Source of the DNA: Psammoneis japonica
Lineage: Eukaryota
Direction: 5' to 3'
Assembly (NCBI GenBank): GCA_008632985.1
Contig: QPGO01000203.1
Location: forward strand, 1 to 64,000
DNA length: 64,000 bases
Positions 1 through 12,251 of the stretch are shown here, piece by piece; the first letter of the stretch is position 1, and every line of letters starts with the position of its first letter. The translations under genes were made by a program, and so were the position numbers. Under the pieces are notes generated by a model. The model worked only from the letters and a program-made list of their open reading frames with translations. It made no database searches and was not told the origin of the DNA.

Positions 1-247
1 TCCGCCAACAAGCCGAGAAGGAATCAGAAGCCACTTATTTTAGTCAAGCTGGCTTCGTCTCGCCCAAGGGATACAATGATCACCTGGGTATGTTTGGTGT
101 GTCTTGCTTTGGGTGCGAAGAACTAGTTGCAATGTACGAAGCCAAAAAAATGACGATTATTCCAAGACCATGTGCCAAGCCCTTGCTGATGTTTTTATCG
201 AAGGTTTTGCGGAGTACTTGCACCGACAGATGCGTGTCTATTCGTGG
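1..247 (+). pseudogene. METH: Fragment of the cobalamin-dependent methionine synthase C-terminal activation domain, frameshifted and truncated
   Basis: RQQAEKE..YFSQAGFVSPKGYNDHLGMFGVSCFGCEELVAMYEA, then after a frameshift in the A7 run (144-150) NDDYSKTMCQALADVFIEGFAEYLHRQMR..W. This matches the MetH pattern DDY..IM.KALADRLAEAFAE.LH..VR...WG. Similarity stops at ~247, with no RPAPGYP tail. Confidence 0.8.
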
Positions 248-295
248 CGGCCACTTGAAAGCCAAAGTTGCGACTTGCCTACTACTGTAGGGCCC

Positions 296-978
296 TAATT
301 GTTAGATTCCCTCGACAAGTCCTCGGCACAAACATAGTACTCTACAAAGCTCAGGTAGTAGTCAAGGCTACTGCCGCAGTATGCTCGAGCAACAGCGTTT
401 GTAGTAATGTAATTGTTAGATTCCCTCGACAGGTCCTCGGCACAAACATAGTACTCTACAAAGCTAGTACACAAGACTACTCCCAGTATTCTCGAGCAAC
501 AGCGTTTCTACTAATGTAATTGTTAGATTTGCTTGACAGGTCCTCGGCACAAACATAGTACTCTACAAAGCTATCATAGTAGTCAAGGCTACTGCCGCAT
601 GCTCGAGCAACAGCGTTTGTAGTAATGTAATTGTTAGATTCCCTCGACAGGTCCTCGGCACAAACATAGTACTCTACAAAGCTAATACACAAGATTACTC
701 CCAGTATTCTCGAGCAACAGCGTTTCTACTAATGTAATTGTTAGATTTGCTTGACAGGTCCTCGGCACAAACATAGTACTCTGGCTACTGCCGCAGTATG
801 CTCGAGCAACAGCGTTTGTAGTACTGTAATGTAATTGTTAGATTTCGTTGACAGGTCCTCGGCACAAACATAGTGCTCTACAAAGCTAGTAGTCAAGGCT
901 ACTCCCAGCATGCTCGAGCAACAGCGTTTCTATTACCGTAATTTAGATTCGCTTGACAGGTCCTTGGCACAAACATGC
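296..978. repeat. Tandem array of a ~105-115 bp unit, about 7 copies, with two alternating variants
   Basis: Recurrent GTAATTGTTAGATT..GACAGGTCCTCGGCACAAACATAGTACTCT..CTCGAGCAACAGCGTTT at about 296, 410, 518, 628, 735, 832 and 940. Confidence 0.95.
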
Positions 979-1032
979 TCGTAATACTCAAGGATAACAC
1001 TGGTGCACTCGACAGCAACACACCTTTCATTT

Positions 1033-4000
1033 TCAATCGTGTTCACTGCGAAATACATCCAAATACTTGGACATCCTCGTGGGACAATACGAAATGTCTT
1101 CCTTGTCGGAAAGAGTCGCCTTGCCGTTATATTTGGTCGTGTCCTTGACTACGCTACGCAAGATCGGTGTTTGTACAGTGTTTAAAACATCTTTGTTGGG
1201 CATATCTCCCTCGGTCGGTGGGTCGTGATAGATATAATAGAGCCAGGATTCTGGATTTTGCACCTTGGCATGAATGGGTTTGGAATGGAAATTATCCATG
1301 GGCCGTTCCAGGTGTTCTTGTGCGAAAGCCCACCCCCGACACCTTTTGGCTTCTCTTGTGAATGCAGCGGTGTTTTCCGCCGTCGGGACAATGCCGCGCT
1401 CAATCATTGCAAACCGGCTTCTACAAAGAGCACGCTATTTGCGCTGGAGTCTACTCCGCCAAACTCAATTCAATTCAATCCTAAATGTTACACGACTCCA
1501 GGAGCCTTCGTCTGTTCTAAGCTAAGTCATGCTTGCTTGGCCCAACAATCCACAATCATGGCTGGGCACAGAGCGCCAAACAAATACACATTCACAATTC
1601 CCCGAAAGCCCCGGGTTGACTTCCTGCATTAAAGTCAACGATGACCGCCACTTCACCAGAGCCCCGGATTGTCCTTCTGAAAGTTCTCCACAAGGGTGTC
1701 GAAAAGCAAGGGCAGCAGTTCACGCTTTTTCAAGTTCGACACACTCTTGTTTGGTGCAATTGAAAACAAGATTGCCTTTGCGTGGTCGACATTGAGCGCC
1801 GCGAATATCTCCCCACCAGTCATGAACATTGCTTCGCGTGCATCGACGTCCATGTCTAGCCACAAGATTGCAATGATCGCAGGCAACGCCACGGAAAGCG
1901 GTGGCTTGTTGCTGACGTTGTCACTGCATTTCTGTAGCAAGTTTTTCCTCCCATTTGGTGAACTCTCTAAAGGCAGGTTGGTCTTCAAAGTAGCGTTATT
2001 CCAAATGCTGGCTACCCGCTGACATGTCGTGAGGTCTTTCGAGACGCGAATTAGAACCTTGCGGATCAGCGCGCCTTTATTCTTTTCGCTAATGGCGTTG
2101 ATCACTGTTTTCATCATGCCCTGATATCCCAAAGCCTTTTGCTGATTCAATGGAGGCGCCATGGCCAACGCCTCATTCATACCACCATCAACGTACAAGT
2201 TCGGGGGTGAGGGAGCCACCGATGCGTCGGCACTGACACCAATCACCACTGGCGGCAACGTTGCCGAAGGTGAGGGCCCACCTGCATTGCCTCCGGAGTC
2301 GGACTCGGCCCTTGAAACCTGTGTGGTTGAAGCACACAAAGACAACCAGAAGGAAGCTTAAGTGGACAAACTCAAGCTCATGCCAAAAGTGCACATTACA
2401 TTCGACACTTACCTCGCTGCCTTCAAAGCCCATGGGTGGCGCAGCCTCGTCAGACACTACCGATGATCCGTTGATGCTGACGACATCGCCCTGGGGAGAT
2501 AGAGGGTGCTCGTTGGATGCGGCTGACGAGGGCGAAAAAGGAAAGGGTTTATCTTGAGAAGCCACAGGGGTGTCCAGATCAAGAGTTGTGCATATGACTT
2601 TCATTTGAATAGCGGCTTCGTCGTTCTCCTCAAGACCGTTCCCTTCGATTGAGAGATGCGTGACGGGGACATTCTCCAGAAATTCCGCAACGCGTGTGAA
2701 GCTGCGGTCGCTCAAACCGTTGGTGGCAATGTTCAAGTATTCCATCGTTGGGCCCTTGGCGTCAACCCCGGAACGAGACAACCCCGACTCCAGTCCCGCT
2801 AGAATGAGCTCGAGGCCCCTGTCGCCGATTTCAGTCTCGGCTACGTTCAGCTTTGAAATCTTCTCTTGGTTTCTGAGGAATTCTCCGAGAGTAGCTCCTC
2901 CCTTTTCCCAAAGCTCAACGCCTTCCAAATTCAATTGCACCAGCTGGCACCCCCTCTCATCCAAGCATCCAATCACCAGCTCGAAACCGCGAGGACAAAG
3001 ATCTGTGTCAGAAAGATTCAAGAACTCGACACTGTTGCTGTGCTCAAGCCATGAGGACAGTAGTAAGGCCGCACGAAGCGATCCAAGATTGGCACTAGAT
3101 AGATCCAAAGCCTTGAGGCAGCTTTCAGGCGCGTGCCAAGACGTGTTCATCGAAGCCGCTCTCATCCACGCGTAGAGAACCTTGTACCACACACTCCCTT
3201 TCATTCCACCTCGTAAATCATGGAGATCGAGTGTCTCCAGACGAGGGGCTGCCGCGATAAGTTCACCAATAGCCATCACCGCAGTGCAGTCCTCGGTATT
3301 TGCGCAAGCTGTCATGTTGCCAATAGCGAGCGACTTGAGGGATGCAGCACGTGGCACAAGCGCTCCGAGAACGGTGGTGAAGCTCTGCACTTCAAGGCCC
3401 AAATCGCAGAGCAAAACAGCGCGGATTGTGTTTTCCGGCAGGCTGCTGAAGAGGCTTTCTACTGCTCGGGCAACGTCGGGGTTCGTCGCGTTTTTCTCGC
3501 ATACAAAGCAACGGAGGTTAGGTGCACCAAGCAGGGCGCCACAAATAGTGGCCATTACCACTGGACCAGAATCCTCAAGGTTTTTGGTCAAAATCTCCGT
3601 TAGGTCGACATACTGGACGTATTCTCGCACATGCTGCGTTATCAAGAACTTTGCGATTACGGTCGCTCCTTCCGTGGTTATTGGACAGCCCGAAAATGTC
3701 AACTTGGTGACCTTACAGCCTTCATCCGCCCCACGAAGTTGTGAAAGCCACGTCTTCACGAGCTTCGTAGCGCCGTTCCTGTCCAACGTTTGACGTTGAG
3801 CGAGTCCACTGAGTGTGGTGCCATTGTCACATAACTTATCAAGTTCGTATTTGATCGGCATGGAACGGGCCGCCTTGAAAAGCAGGGAGCGGTCGGAGAG
3901 CATCGATTCCTCAGTGGGTGACGCTTGGTAATCTGTGCCTCGAAGAATACTGGTTGAGGTGTCGAGGCTTGGGGGGCGGCGGTGATGCTCGCGCGACGGC

Positions 4001-4710
4001 TGGGGCTCCGACAACGTACTGCTGGCGCCGACGACCGGGTTGACCCCGGAAGCGCACTCTTCTTCAAGCTGAAGCTTTGAAGCCAATTCGAAGTCAATGG
4101 CCTCTTGGTTACTTGCATGGGTGGGGCTCTGGTGGGTAGAGTTGTAACCTTCGCGAATGAGGGCGTCAAGGTGAGAGGGGGTGTCGTAGTGGTGATGGTG
4201 GACGGTGTTAGAGCGTCTGTTGTCGTAGCGATTGACGGAACGGTCGACGGTCGAGCGACTGTGGTCGGCACCGGTATTGTGAAAATCGCCGCTTACATTG
4301 AACACCATTGCACCACCTTGAGGGTGCAGTAGGTGTTCCCTCTGCTCTGTCGCGTTCGACATTGCCGGCACCAAGGTCGGTGTTGTCGGTTCTACCACTT
4401 GTGCCGCGATCGGCATTGCCGGTACCGCGGTCGGTTTTGTCGGCTCTACTACTTGTGCCGCGATCGTTGTTCTTGCACGCATCTCCTTCAGCATGCGATA
4501 ATGCTGACGATTTGTAACTCTTCTGCGGTTTTCCCTGTAGTTGGGACCCTTCCTCAAATAATTGGACATGTGCGGGTACTCCGTTTTGCTGTTAGGTTGA
4601 GACAAGACGTCATTCACGTCCAGCTGTTTGAATCCCCCGTTGTTTCTGGCCATTCGGTTGAGTTCGGTATCAAGCCCTCCCCCTTCCATCCATTCCTCTT
4701 CCGTACTCAT
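1033..4710 (-). CDS. Large leucine-rich repeat (RNI-like) protein; exons 4710-2413, 2318-~1655 and probably ~1420-1033
   Basis: 840-aa ORF with LRR units (LETLDLHD, LKALDLSSANLG, VEFLNLSDTDL, LVQLNLEGVEL, MEYLNIATNGL). A phase-0 intron at 2412-2319 (GTAAGT..CACAG) joins it to the 230-aa ORF. The last exon is inferred. Confidence 0.75.
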
Positions 4711-5426
4711 GGTTCTTCTTGCTTGTCACTTTGATTCTTGATGACAATCAACGTTGCAGCAGGAGCAACGGATGAGAACTGTGTGAGGAGAGGACGTGTG
4801 CAGTGCGCTCTATGGATATGGTACACGCCGTGCCACTCGTTTGCGTGCACTTGCATTTTCCGCTACGTCATCATTCCGTGACACGTCGCCTCTTCGGAAT
4901 TCTGCCTCACTCGAGTTCTTTTCTTGGTGCGAGCTACGCAGTGCCGTACACGGTCTCACCTACCGGTACCGCACTGTCATTGCCACACAGTTTGTTTTGG
5001 CGGGATATTGTGAAGATGACCAAACTCATAGGAACAAACGGTTTTTGTTTAGAGGGAAGAAGCGTTACTAAAAAGACGTAGATTTTTGTCGTTTGTACGT
5101 GAAAAGGGCTGGCCACACTTGTAAGCAGCAAATTTTTATTTTAAAGACTTAAGAACTATATTAGCGTTTGTTTTTATCCAAATGCTGCGTGCCGTTGATC
5201 TCAAAATGAATGTTGCTTATGTTGATGTAGCTTTTTGACATTTAATGTAAAAAAAAGCTGATCGGCCGACTTCTTGTGAGTTGACATCTACATGGGAACA
5301 TGAAGAAATAAATTCCACGTCTGCGAGCTTTTGATTGAAACGATATGTCTCGCCACTCACTTTTCCGCGGAAAACAAAATCCCTCCAAACAGCTCATCTT
5401 CTCGTCTCGACATCGCTTTCGACACG

Positions 5427-6005
5427 ATGAAGATTGCTTCTATTGCATCCACACTACTAATCCTCTTTTCCTTTGCTCCTTTTCCATTGCCCATGCGTCG
5501 TCTGGTAGGACAAGAGACTACGGACCGAGCCGAACTGGAGCTGATCAAAAAGGCTTTCTTTTCCACCGGACCCACCGACTCGCCGGCACCCACGGAACCA
5601 GCATCGCCCACATTGATCCACACCAACAATTCGCAAGATTCTTTGATCGATGAAGGGGCGGACTGTCTGGAAAATGGAGTTGCATTTTCTCCGCCTGTTG
5701 TCGAAAGCTCTCACAATGTCAACGACTTTCGCCCGCGTGACGCTTTCATCCCGCCTCCATCGATGCCGCCTTTTGGATGTCACTGTGCACCTGCTCAAGC
5801 TTTTGCGCCACCTGCCCACAATTCTTGGATATCGGTTCCCCATTGGATCCCTCCGCCCTTTCCACTTCCGTCGTCAAAGAGATTGAGAACAGCGGCTAGC
5901 CCATCAACGACTACACCTTTCCTCGGCTTCAAAGCCTTGCCTTTCCTACTCTCTTCCCGTACGGCAACGAGGATGTTGCGTATAGCGATCGCCGCATCAA
6001 CATGA
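5427..6005 (+). CDS. Hypothetical Pro-rich protein with a hydrophobic N-terminus
   Basis: ATG-initiated ORF MKIASIASTLLILFSF..; no recognisable domain. Confidence 0.3.
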   Translation: MKIASIASTLLILFSFAPFPLPMRRLVGQETTDRAELELIKKAFFSTGPTDSPAPTEPASPTLIHTNNSQDSLIDEGADCLENGVAFSPPVVESSHNVNDFRPRDAFIPPPSMPPFGCHCAPAQAFAPPAHNSWISVPHWIPPPFPLPSSKRLRTAASPSTTTPFLGFKALPFLLSSRTATRMLRIAIAAST

Positions 6006-6199
6006 CGATGGCAGGGGCGAACAAGCTCTTGCTACAGTGTGCCCATTTTGATGACAAGGTCAAGGACCATTCAAGCTTTCTCACAGCACTACTTTAGATC
6101 AAGTTTTTCAATAATACTAACATAGATTTTAATTGAATCCAACTATTATATCATTCTATATGTGTGCTACTGAATCTCTTGCAACATCCAACAACCACC

Positions 6200-6790
6200 T
6201 TTGAGGGCAGGCGATCCCTGTCTACATCGTAAAGAGATTTTTTGGGGTCATTGCACTTCGAGTGGCACCCCCTTCCTTGGAGGTGTCACTCTCAGTCTCG
6301 CCGGGGAACCACCCCTTGGCTCTCTCCAAAGTTGTTTCCGATTTGCAGAGTAAGAACTCAGCGCGACTGTGGTCGGAACCACCGAAGTAGCAATCAAGCT
6401 ACCACGATGCCCGAGCCAGTAGCTCTTGGGAGAACAAGAAACAATGTACAAACTCTTGAGTCTAGTTCTGCAGATGTTTCCAACCAGATTTCACAACGGA
6501 TCTCATTCAAAGGCGAGAACTCAGCGTGACTGTAGCCGAAACCACCGAAGCAGCAATAAAGCTAGCCCGATGCCCGAGCCAGTAGCTCTTGGGACAACTT
6601 TAGAACAAGAGACAATGTACAAGATATTGATTGAATCCACACGGCGAAAACACACAATCTGCTCCATACCGGCTTTCGAGGGCAGGCGAACCCTATCTAA
6701 CAGAGATTCGGGTCAAAGCACGTCGAGTGGCACCCCCTTCCTTGGAGGTGTCACTCTCAGTCTCGCCGGGGAACCACCCCTTGGCTCTCG
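6200..6790. repeat. Compound direct repeat A-B-B-A; unit A contains a hairpin
   Basis: A: GAGTGGCACCCCCTTCCTTGGAGGTGTCACTCTCAGTCTCGCCGGGGAACCACCCCTTGGCTCTC at ~6260 and ~6725. B: GAACTCAGCG..GGAACCACCGAAG..GATGCCCGAGCCAGTAGCTCTTGGGA..ACAATGTACAA at ~6355 and ~6517. Confidence 0.9.
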
Positions 6791-7980
6791 TAGGCCGTCG
6801 TGCAGAAAAAATTACCGAGGCGCTGCTGCAGTCAGCACAAGCAGTAGTTGCTCGTAATATTTAGAGACGAGAGCAACCTCGTCTGCCCTTTATTTCGGGA
6901 CTTTCCCAAAAGTGGTAGATTGTAGAGTGCACCATGAACAAGAGTATTCAGTGTTCCGCTCCCATGTGTTGTACCCCCCATGATACTTCTAACATAGTCA
7001 CTCCAAGAGACACTGTATCTCCTTAAGTCGTTCTCCATGTATTGGTGTCCATTTTTTTTTTCGCGCTATCGTCGTCGTCGTCATCCTCAAGTCGACACCG
7101 GCATCACTCTTGCTTTAAGCAAAAAACAACCCGGGTCCTACCCTGGCTAACTCAAAAAGCTTCTTTATTTCTTGTAGAAAACGGAAAAAAGATTAAAGCA
7201 AAACAAGAGGTTGAGAAAACCAAAATATACATGAAATCAACACTCCGTCAAACACCGTGGAGTGATGCACTCACTGAGAATGTGAGAATAAAGAAGCACA
7301 ATGCGGGGGGCAGAGAATGATTTCATTTTTTTACTGCCATGAATTAGGGTTCAGATTGACGATAATAGGTGCAATGGTATCAACGTAAAATCGATAATGC
7401 TCATTTTCGGCGGCGACGGCCATTGTTGTAGATGCTTCCGTGTTGAACGGCAAACGGCCGTTTCCACGTGTCCTACTCGTAATGTCGGGTGCGCAATGTG
7501 ATGCTGTACAAGCGTCTGTGCTCCTGATGAGATTGCACAGCATGTGGCGCATCGCCACCGTAGCTGTGAGCGAGCTAGAGTGAGCGAGCCACTACGTGAA
7601 ACAGGAGTCGCCAGCTAGAACCGCAGGCCTGGCATGTTGACGTCACACGCACATCTTGCACCACAAGATTGTGTGCAAAACCTCTTCTCGCGACGTCATC
7701 ACCATCCACAATTTTGCGCGACGAGCAGAAGGAGTTTTTTGTGGGCGACCATGATGAGTGCGCAACGATTCTGGTGGCAAAGTCCAGTGAGCTCATTGTC
7801 GACGGGACACAGACCTTTTTTCTTTTCAAGTTCAATGGACAGACTGGGCGACAACCAGAATTTGGGTGAAATGATCTCTCAATTTTTTGCCTGCAGCTGC
7901 CATTGGAGTGACAGTGTTCGCCATGTTCTTTTCATGTGCCTTGTGATTCGCGGCCGCAAGGGCAGGAGCTGCCACACCCA

Positions 7981-8395
7981 ATGAGAATCAAAGGGCCATT
8001 GAAGCAGCTCCCTGGGGCAGGACGTGACAAAAAATCAAAGTTCTCGTCCTTCGCCAACCTCAAAAACAAGTGGGTGCCTGTTCATTTGGACACCAGCACA
8101 CTTGCACTTGTTTGTGCTGTTCGGCACCATGAGAAATTCTGTGCTGGGAACTTTGCTCCTTCGCTGCAGGAGTTTCACAAGACGGTGGTGTTTTTGCACT
8201 CGATTCTCAAGTGGGACATCAAGCTGGTTTTTGATGGGGTTCCGCCAAAAGAGAAGGAAGCAGAGCATGCACGTCAGTGTGCTGGTGAGAGTGGGAATGC
8301 TGCTCCCTGGATTCCAGCTCTGTTCATTGCAATGTGGGCCAAAACATGTGATCGACACTGCACTCCTTTTGTGATGGCACTGCTGGAAGTTGCCG
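7981..8395 (+). pseudogene. Decayed XPG/FEN1/EXO1-like PIN nuclease domain, truncated
   Basis: MRIKGPLKQL (cf. MGIKGLL), VHLDTS, LVFDGVPPKEKEAEHAR (XPG-N motif) and PFVMALLEVA (cf. PYVVAPYEAD). Confidence 0.7.
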
Positions 8396-8449
8396 GTGGT
8401 GTTGCCAACACCAAAGAAAAAGGCAAGACAGACCCACTCTGTGGCTCAT

Positions 8450-11112
8450 GAAGATTTGATGAGTGGGTCCGTCATTTTGTTTCATGTGGATCTGGAGCAC
8501 GGGGGTGACCACTGTGGAGTCGTTCAGCTGCCGGTTGTTGCTTGTGATGCTGCGATGAAGTCGACACTGGGTGAGTTTGATGAGCATGCACGACCACCCC
8601 CACATGCTCGTTGGACTGAAGCAACCATGTCCACACATGGCATGCGCCCAAACCAGGCAAGAATGCAGCCCACCTCTCCAGTTGAAGAAGTGTGGAAGCA
8701 GTTTGTGGATTTCGTCAAGAAGCATCTTGACAATGGCAACAAGAAAGGCATCCTTGCCGCGTGGGGTGGGCAGGCATGTGATTGTGAGTGGCTGTTCCGA
8801 ATCACAAAGGATGCCCATCATGGAAAACTGTTCATGCCAAGGTGGTGCCCTTGTTTTTTGTAGATCCAAAGAAAGTCATTGCAGAGCACTTGGGCTGCAA
8901 ATTGAGTGAGAAACACTCCAAGGCAGCTGGGTGTGGATGCGAAGAAATGTGTTGCCATGTGACAGGCAAGAGTGAATTAGAAGGCGCGCACTCTTCCATT
9001 GTTGATGCTCGTGCTCAGTGCAAGATTGTTGAAGACAAACGCTTTTGGACGCACACTGACAAATCAAAATCTGTCATGGCACTTGACGACATGTGGGGCG
9101 TGAAGAAGAAGAAACGAGATGCTCAAGATGCCGAGCTGAAACGAGCTGCGCCAAAGGGTTGGTCTGAAGACAACAATGAAAGCTGGGAAATTCCGCACCA
9201 ATGCAGATGCACTGGTCCAGTGGGAGGACCGCACCATGGACCCACTCAAGCCGTGCTGCACTCCTGCACATCGCTGGCACTGCTCTTCTTGTTCTTTTTC
9301 CCAGCCACATTGCTTGAAACTGTTGCCGCCGAGACAAACCGATGCGGCAATGAAGACTTCATTTGTGAATGCGACGCACCATCAGAAGACCATGGCAATG
9401 GCGATGACAATGAGGCAGGAGAAAACAACGCAGAATCCAATGATGAGGATGATTCTTCCAATGAGAAGAAGAAGAAGAAGAAGAAGCCTCGACTTGTTCC
9501 ATGTGACAAGTCGCACCCTGGTGCTCGACACAGACACAAGGGAAATTGGACTCCTGTTGCGGCTGGGCATGTTTTGGTTTTTCTTGGTGTTCTTTTCCTC
9601 AGGGGTGCAGAGAGGACCCGCTCAGTGTCAGTGTGTTGGTCTGCTCATTGTGGTCAAGGTCGTCCACACGTCCGGAATGCCATGACGAGAGATGCCTTTG
9701 ACCAGCCTCGCACGAAAATGCATTTTGTCAATGGAAACGTTCTCCCGTCTGACAAGAATGACCCACGGTGGTCCCCTTTGCAGAAAATTAATCCCATTGT
9801 CGTTGTGGTGCAGGCTGCTCTTGCTTCGGCATGGACCCTTGGACAGAAATGTTGCGTTGACGAAAGTGTGATTAAACACATGGGTCGAGCCATTACATGG
9901 GTCCAACACATGCCTGCCAAGCCAATTGCGCATGGGATAAAGGTGCATGCTTTGTGTTGCGCATACACAGGCTTTCTCTGTGCCTTCAAGATGTACACTG
10001 GCAAGGAACACACCGAAGACGGTTCACCAAAAGCTGTCATTGATCGGCTGCTGCTTAGCACAGGCATTCAAGTTACTGCAGGGGGAGCTGGACGGATTTT
10101 GCACACAGATAATTTCTACACTTCGATGGAGGTAATGCTGCATCTATACATTACGTACAAGATGTTGATGGTGGGTGCGTTTAGGCTGAGCAAGAAAAAG
10201 TCCCGAACTGCAGCTGACTATCCATACCACAAGCTGTCTGGTCCGGCCCTCAAGAAAGCCAAGCGCGGTTGGACACGACGGGCAGTCAAGCATGTAACGG
10301 ATGCAAGCAAGCGGCTCCTCTACAAAGTGCAGGCAACAGTGTGGAAAGACAAGAAGGAGGTAGGATTCTTACACAATCACATGTTTGGCCCTACAGACCC
10401 CAATCACACAGTTTTGCATCATTCAAGAGAAGCCAAGGGGAGGATAGAGATTTCCAGTCCGGAGATCACCACCGAGTACACCGCCCACATGTCTGGGGTC
10501 GACCACAAAGACAGGGACACCGCCGACTACACCACGTCCATTCGCACGAATCGACATTATTTTCGAATATTCTTTTGGCTCATTGATGGTGTGCTGCATG
10601 CAATGTACGCCATCGTGAAGTTTATGGCTGCCGATCCAAATCATCAGTGGCACAAGTACTTGTCGAAGAACGAAGGTCGGTACAAGTTCCAAATGGACTT
10701 GGCAATAGAGATGATGAGCCGTGGCATCCGAATGGATTGGAATGATACGGCAAACGAAGACTCAAAGCCAAAATGGATGAGGCAGCTTGGATACATTCCG
10801 TGTGATTGCAAAGAATGCTTTTTCTGCAAAGAGGGCATTACGCATGGTATTGATCACCGTTGGAGACGTCGCCCGACTCCCCATGACGCACCCGCTATTC
10901 AGTGTCAGCCGGACCGGGTTCCAGTAACTAAAAATCCTCGACGGTGCAGAGTGTGCTACAGGAATCTGCTTGACATTTCTGATGGCGATATAACAACGGA
11001 CGAGCTTCGAAGCTACTGTCGGCAGACGCGACTTGGGTGCCGAACTTGCGGAGACCACGGTGTGACTATTTGTGAAGGCTGCTGGCCGACCTATAATCAT
11101 GACATTGATTAA
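8450..11112 (+). mobile_element. piggyBac-like transposase with an N-terminal DEDDh 3'-5' exonuclease domain; one frameshift at the T-run ~8854-8860; element termini not found
   Basis: Exonuclease: HVDLEHGG, THGM, AAWGGQACD, GAHSSIVDA. Transposase: VDESVI..GR..VQHMPAKP..HGIKVHALC, TDNFYTS, WKDKKEV, MSGVDHKD, IFFWLID, and a C-terminal Cys-rich domain (CRVC..CRTC..ICEGCW..H). Confidence 0.9.
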
Positions 11113-12251
11113 CACAATGTTAGGTTTAGTTTACATTTCATTAATATTGATTCAATACACTCACCGAATGCCATTATTGCTTCATACTGGGAAGCTGCAA
11201 ACACGGGTATTGTTGTGAGAAACGTCGATTCGTCGAATTGCATGTGTCGGCCAAAAGAATACAAATTTTGCAAAACCCCATGCATAGTGCTGTACACAAC
11301 AGTATTCTATCAATGATCCACCTAGGATGGGTCTTGAGAATTGATATGAAACTTCAAGCCACTTGAAAGCATCGAAACACACATGCGGAGCCCCAATTCA
11401 GTAGTGGATATGCATGCGCCCTCCCATCACAGCATAAAAATGTCCAGAAGCTATAAGAAACCACAGGGACATCCCTTGTGGGTTTGATTAAAAGTATCAA
11501 TCCTGGATGCATGTGCAACAAGCGAAAACACATTAGAAAATCGATTCCAACACAGCTGTCGCAAGTCGGAAATTGAAAAGATACCGCGCTGACGCGCGTT
11601 GATTGTAACAAAAATCACTTTCAAATCTCGAATTGACATTCCCACGCCGACACAGGGATTCCAGGAATGAAATGCCTCAGGCAAATGTGGAAGACATGGG
11701 AGTAAATGATACAAGAGCTGCAATGTAGTGAGGACTCACGGTTGTGCTGACAGCTCAGCACGGCTCCATGCGTCATGGTGGGTTGCGGTGTGTTGTTTGC
11801 AAAAAAAAAGTGCGCAACCGCGCGATGTAGTCATTTGTAGTCACTCGGGACACGGCGGTTTTCAATGGACCGTGTGCGTACCCAGCAGTATCTTTTCTAC
11901 ACCTACGGATGTTTTGTATGGCGCAACATCTGTAGGATAAATTGCGCAATCTGACGTCGGCAGCGATCTCCCTCCATCAAAAAATTTAGCATACAAAAGG
12001 ACGAAGCGCACAAAATAAAAAACGCCGACAACCATGACGAGCACCGTCGGACGAAATGCCGTCGCAGAGAACCGGCCAATGGCCTCCACTTGCCCCTTTC
12101 AAGGAGATGACTCAAGACATGCCGAAGCATCAGTGGTTAAAAAGGGGCAAGTGGAGATCAAATAATTACACATAAAACACGGGATTGCACAACGTGAGAT
12201 TTTTGCTGTTTTTTACGAACTATCGAAGATTCTCCTTGGAAGCTAAACAAC

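Noticed and set aside
296..978. CRISPR-like array
   Set aside because: The whole unit repeats with no unique spacers, there are no cas genes, and the context is eukaryotic
2660..4734. Plus-strand and alternative-frame ORFs over the LRR gene
   Set aside because: Shadows of the long minus-strand CDS, with no motifs of their own
6255..6330. Hammerhead ribozyme or TPP riboswitch on the minus strand (CTGAGAG..CTCGAA)
   Set aside because: The core lacks CUGANGA spacing and GAAA in both copies, and no TPP pyrophosphate-binding helix motifs follow
12131..12140. GGTTAA as the right end of the large piggyBac
   Set aside because: No matching inverted terminus was found upstream of the element
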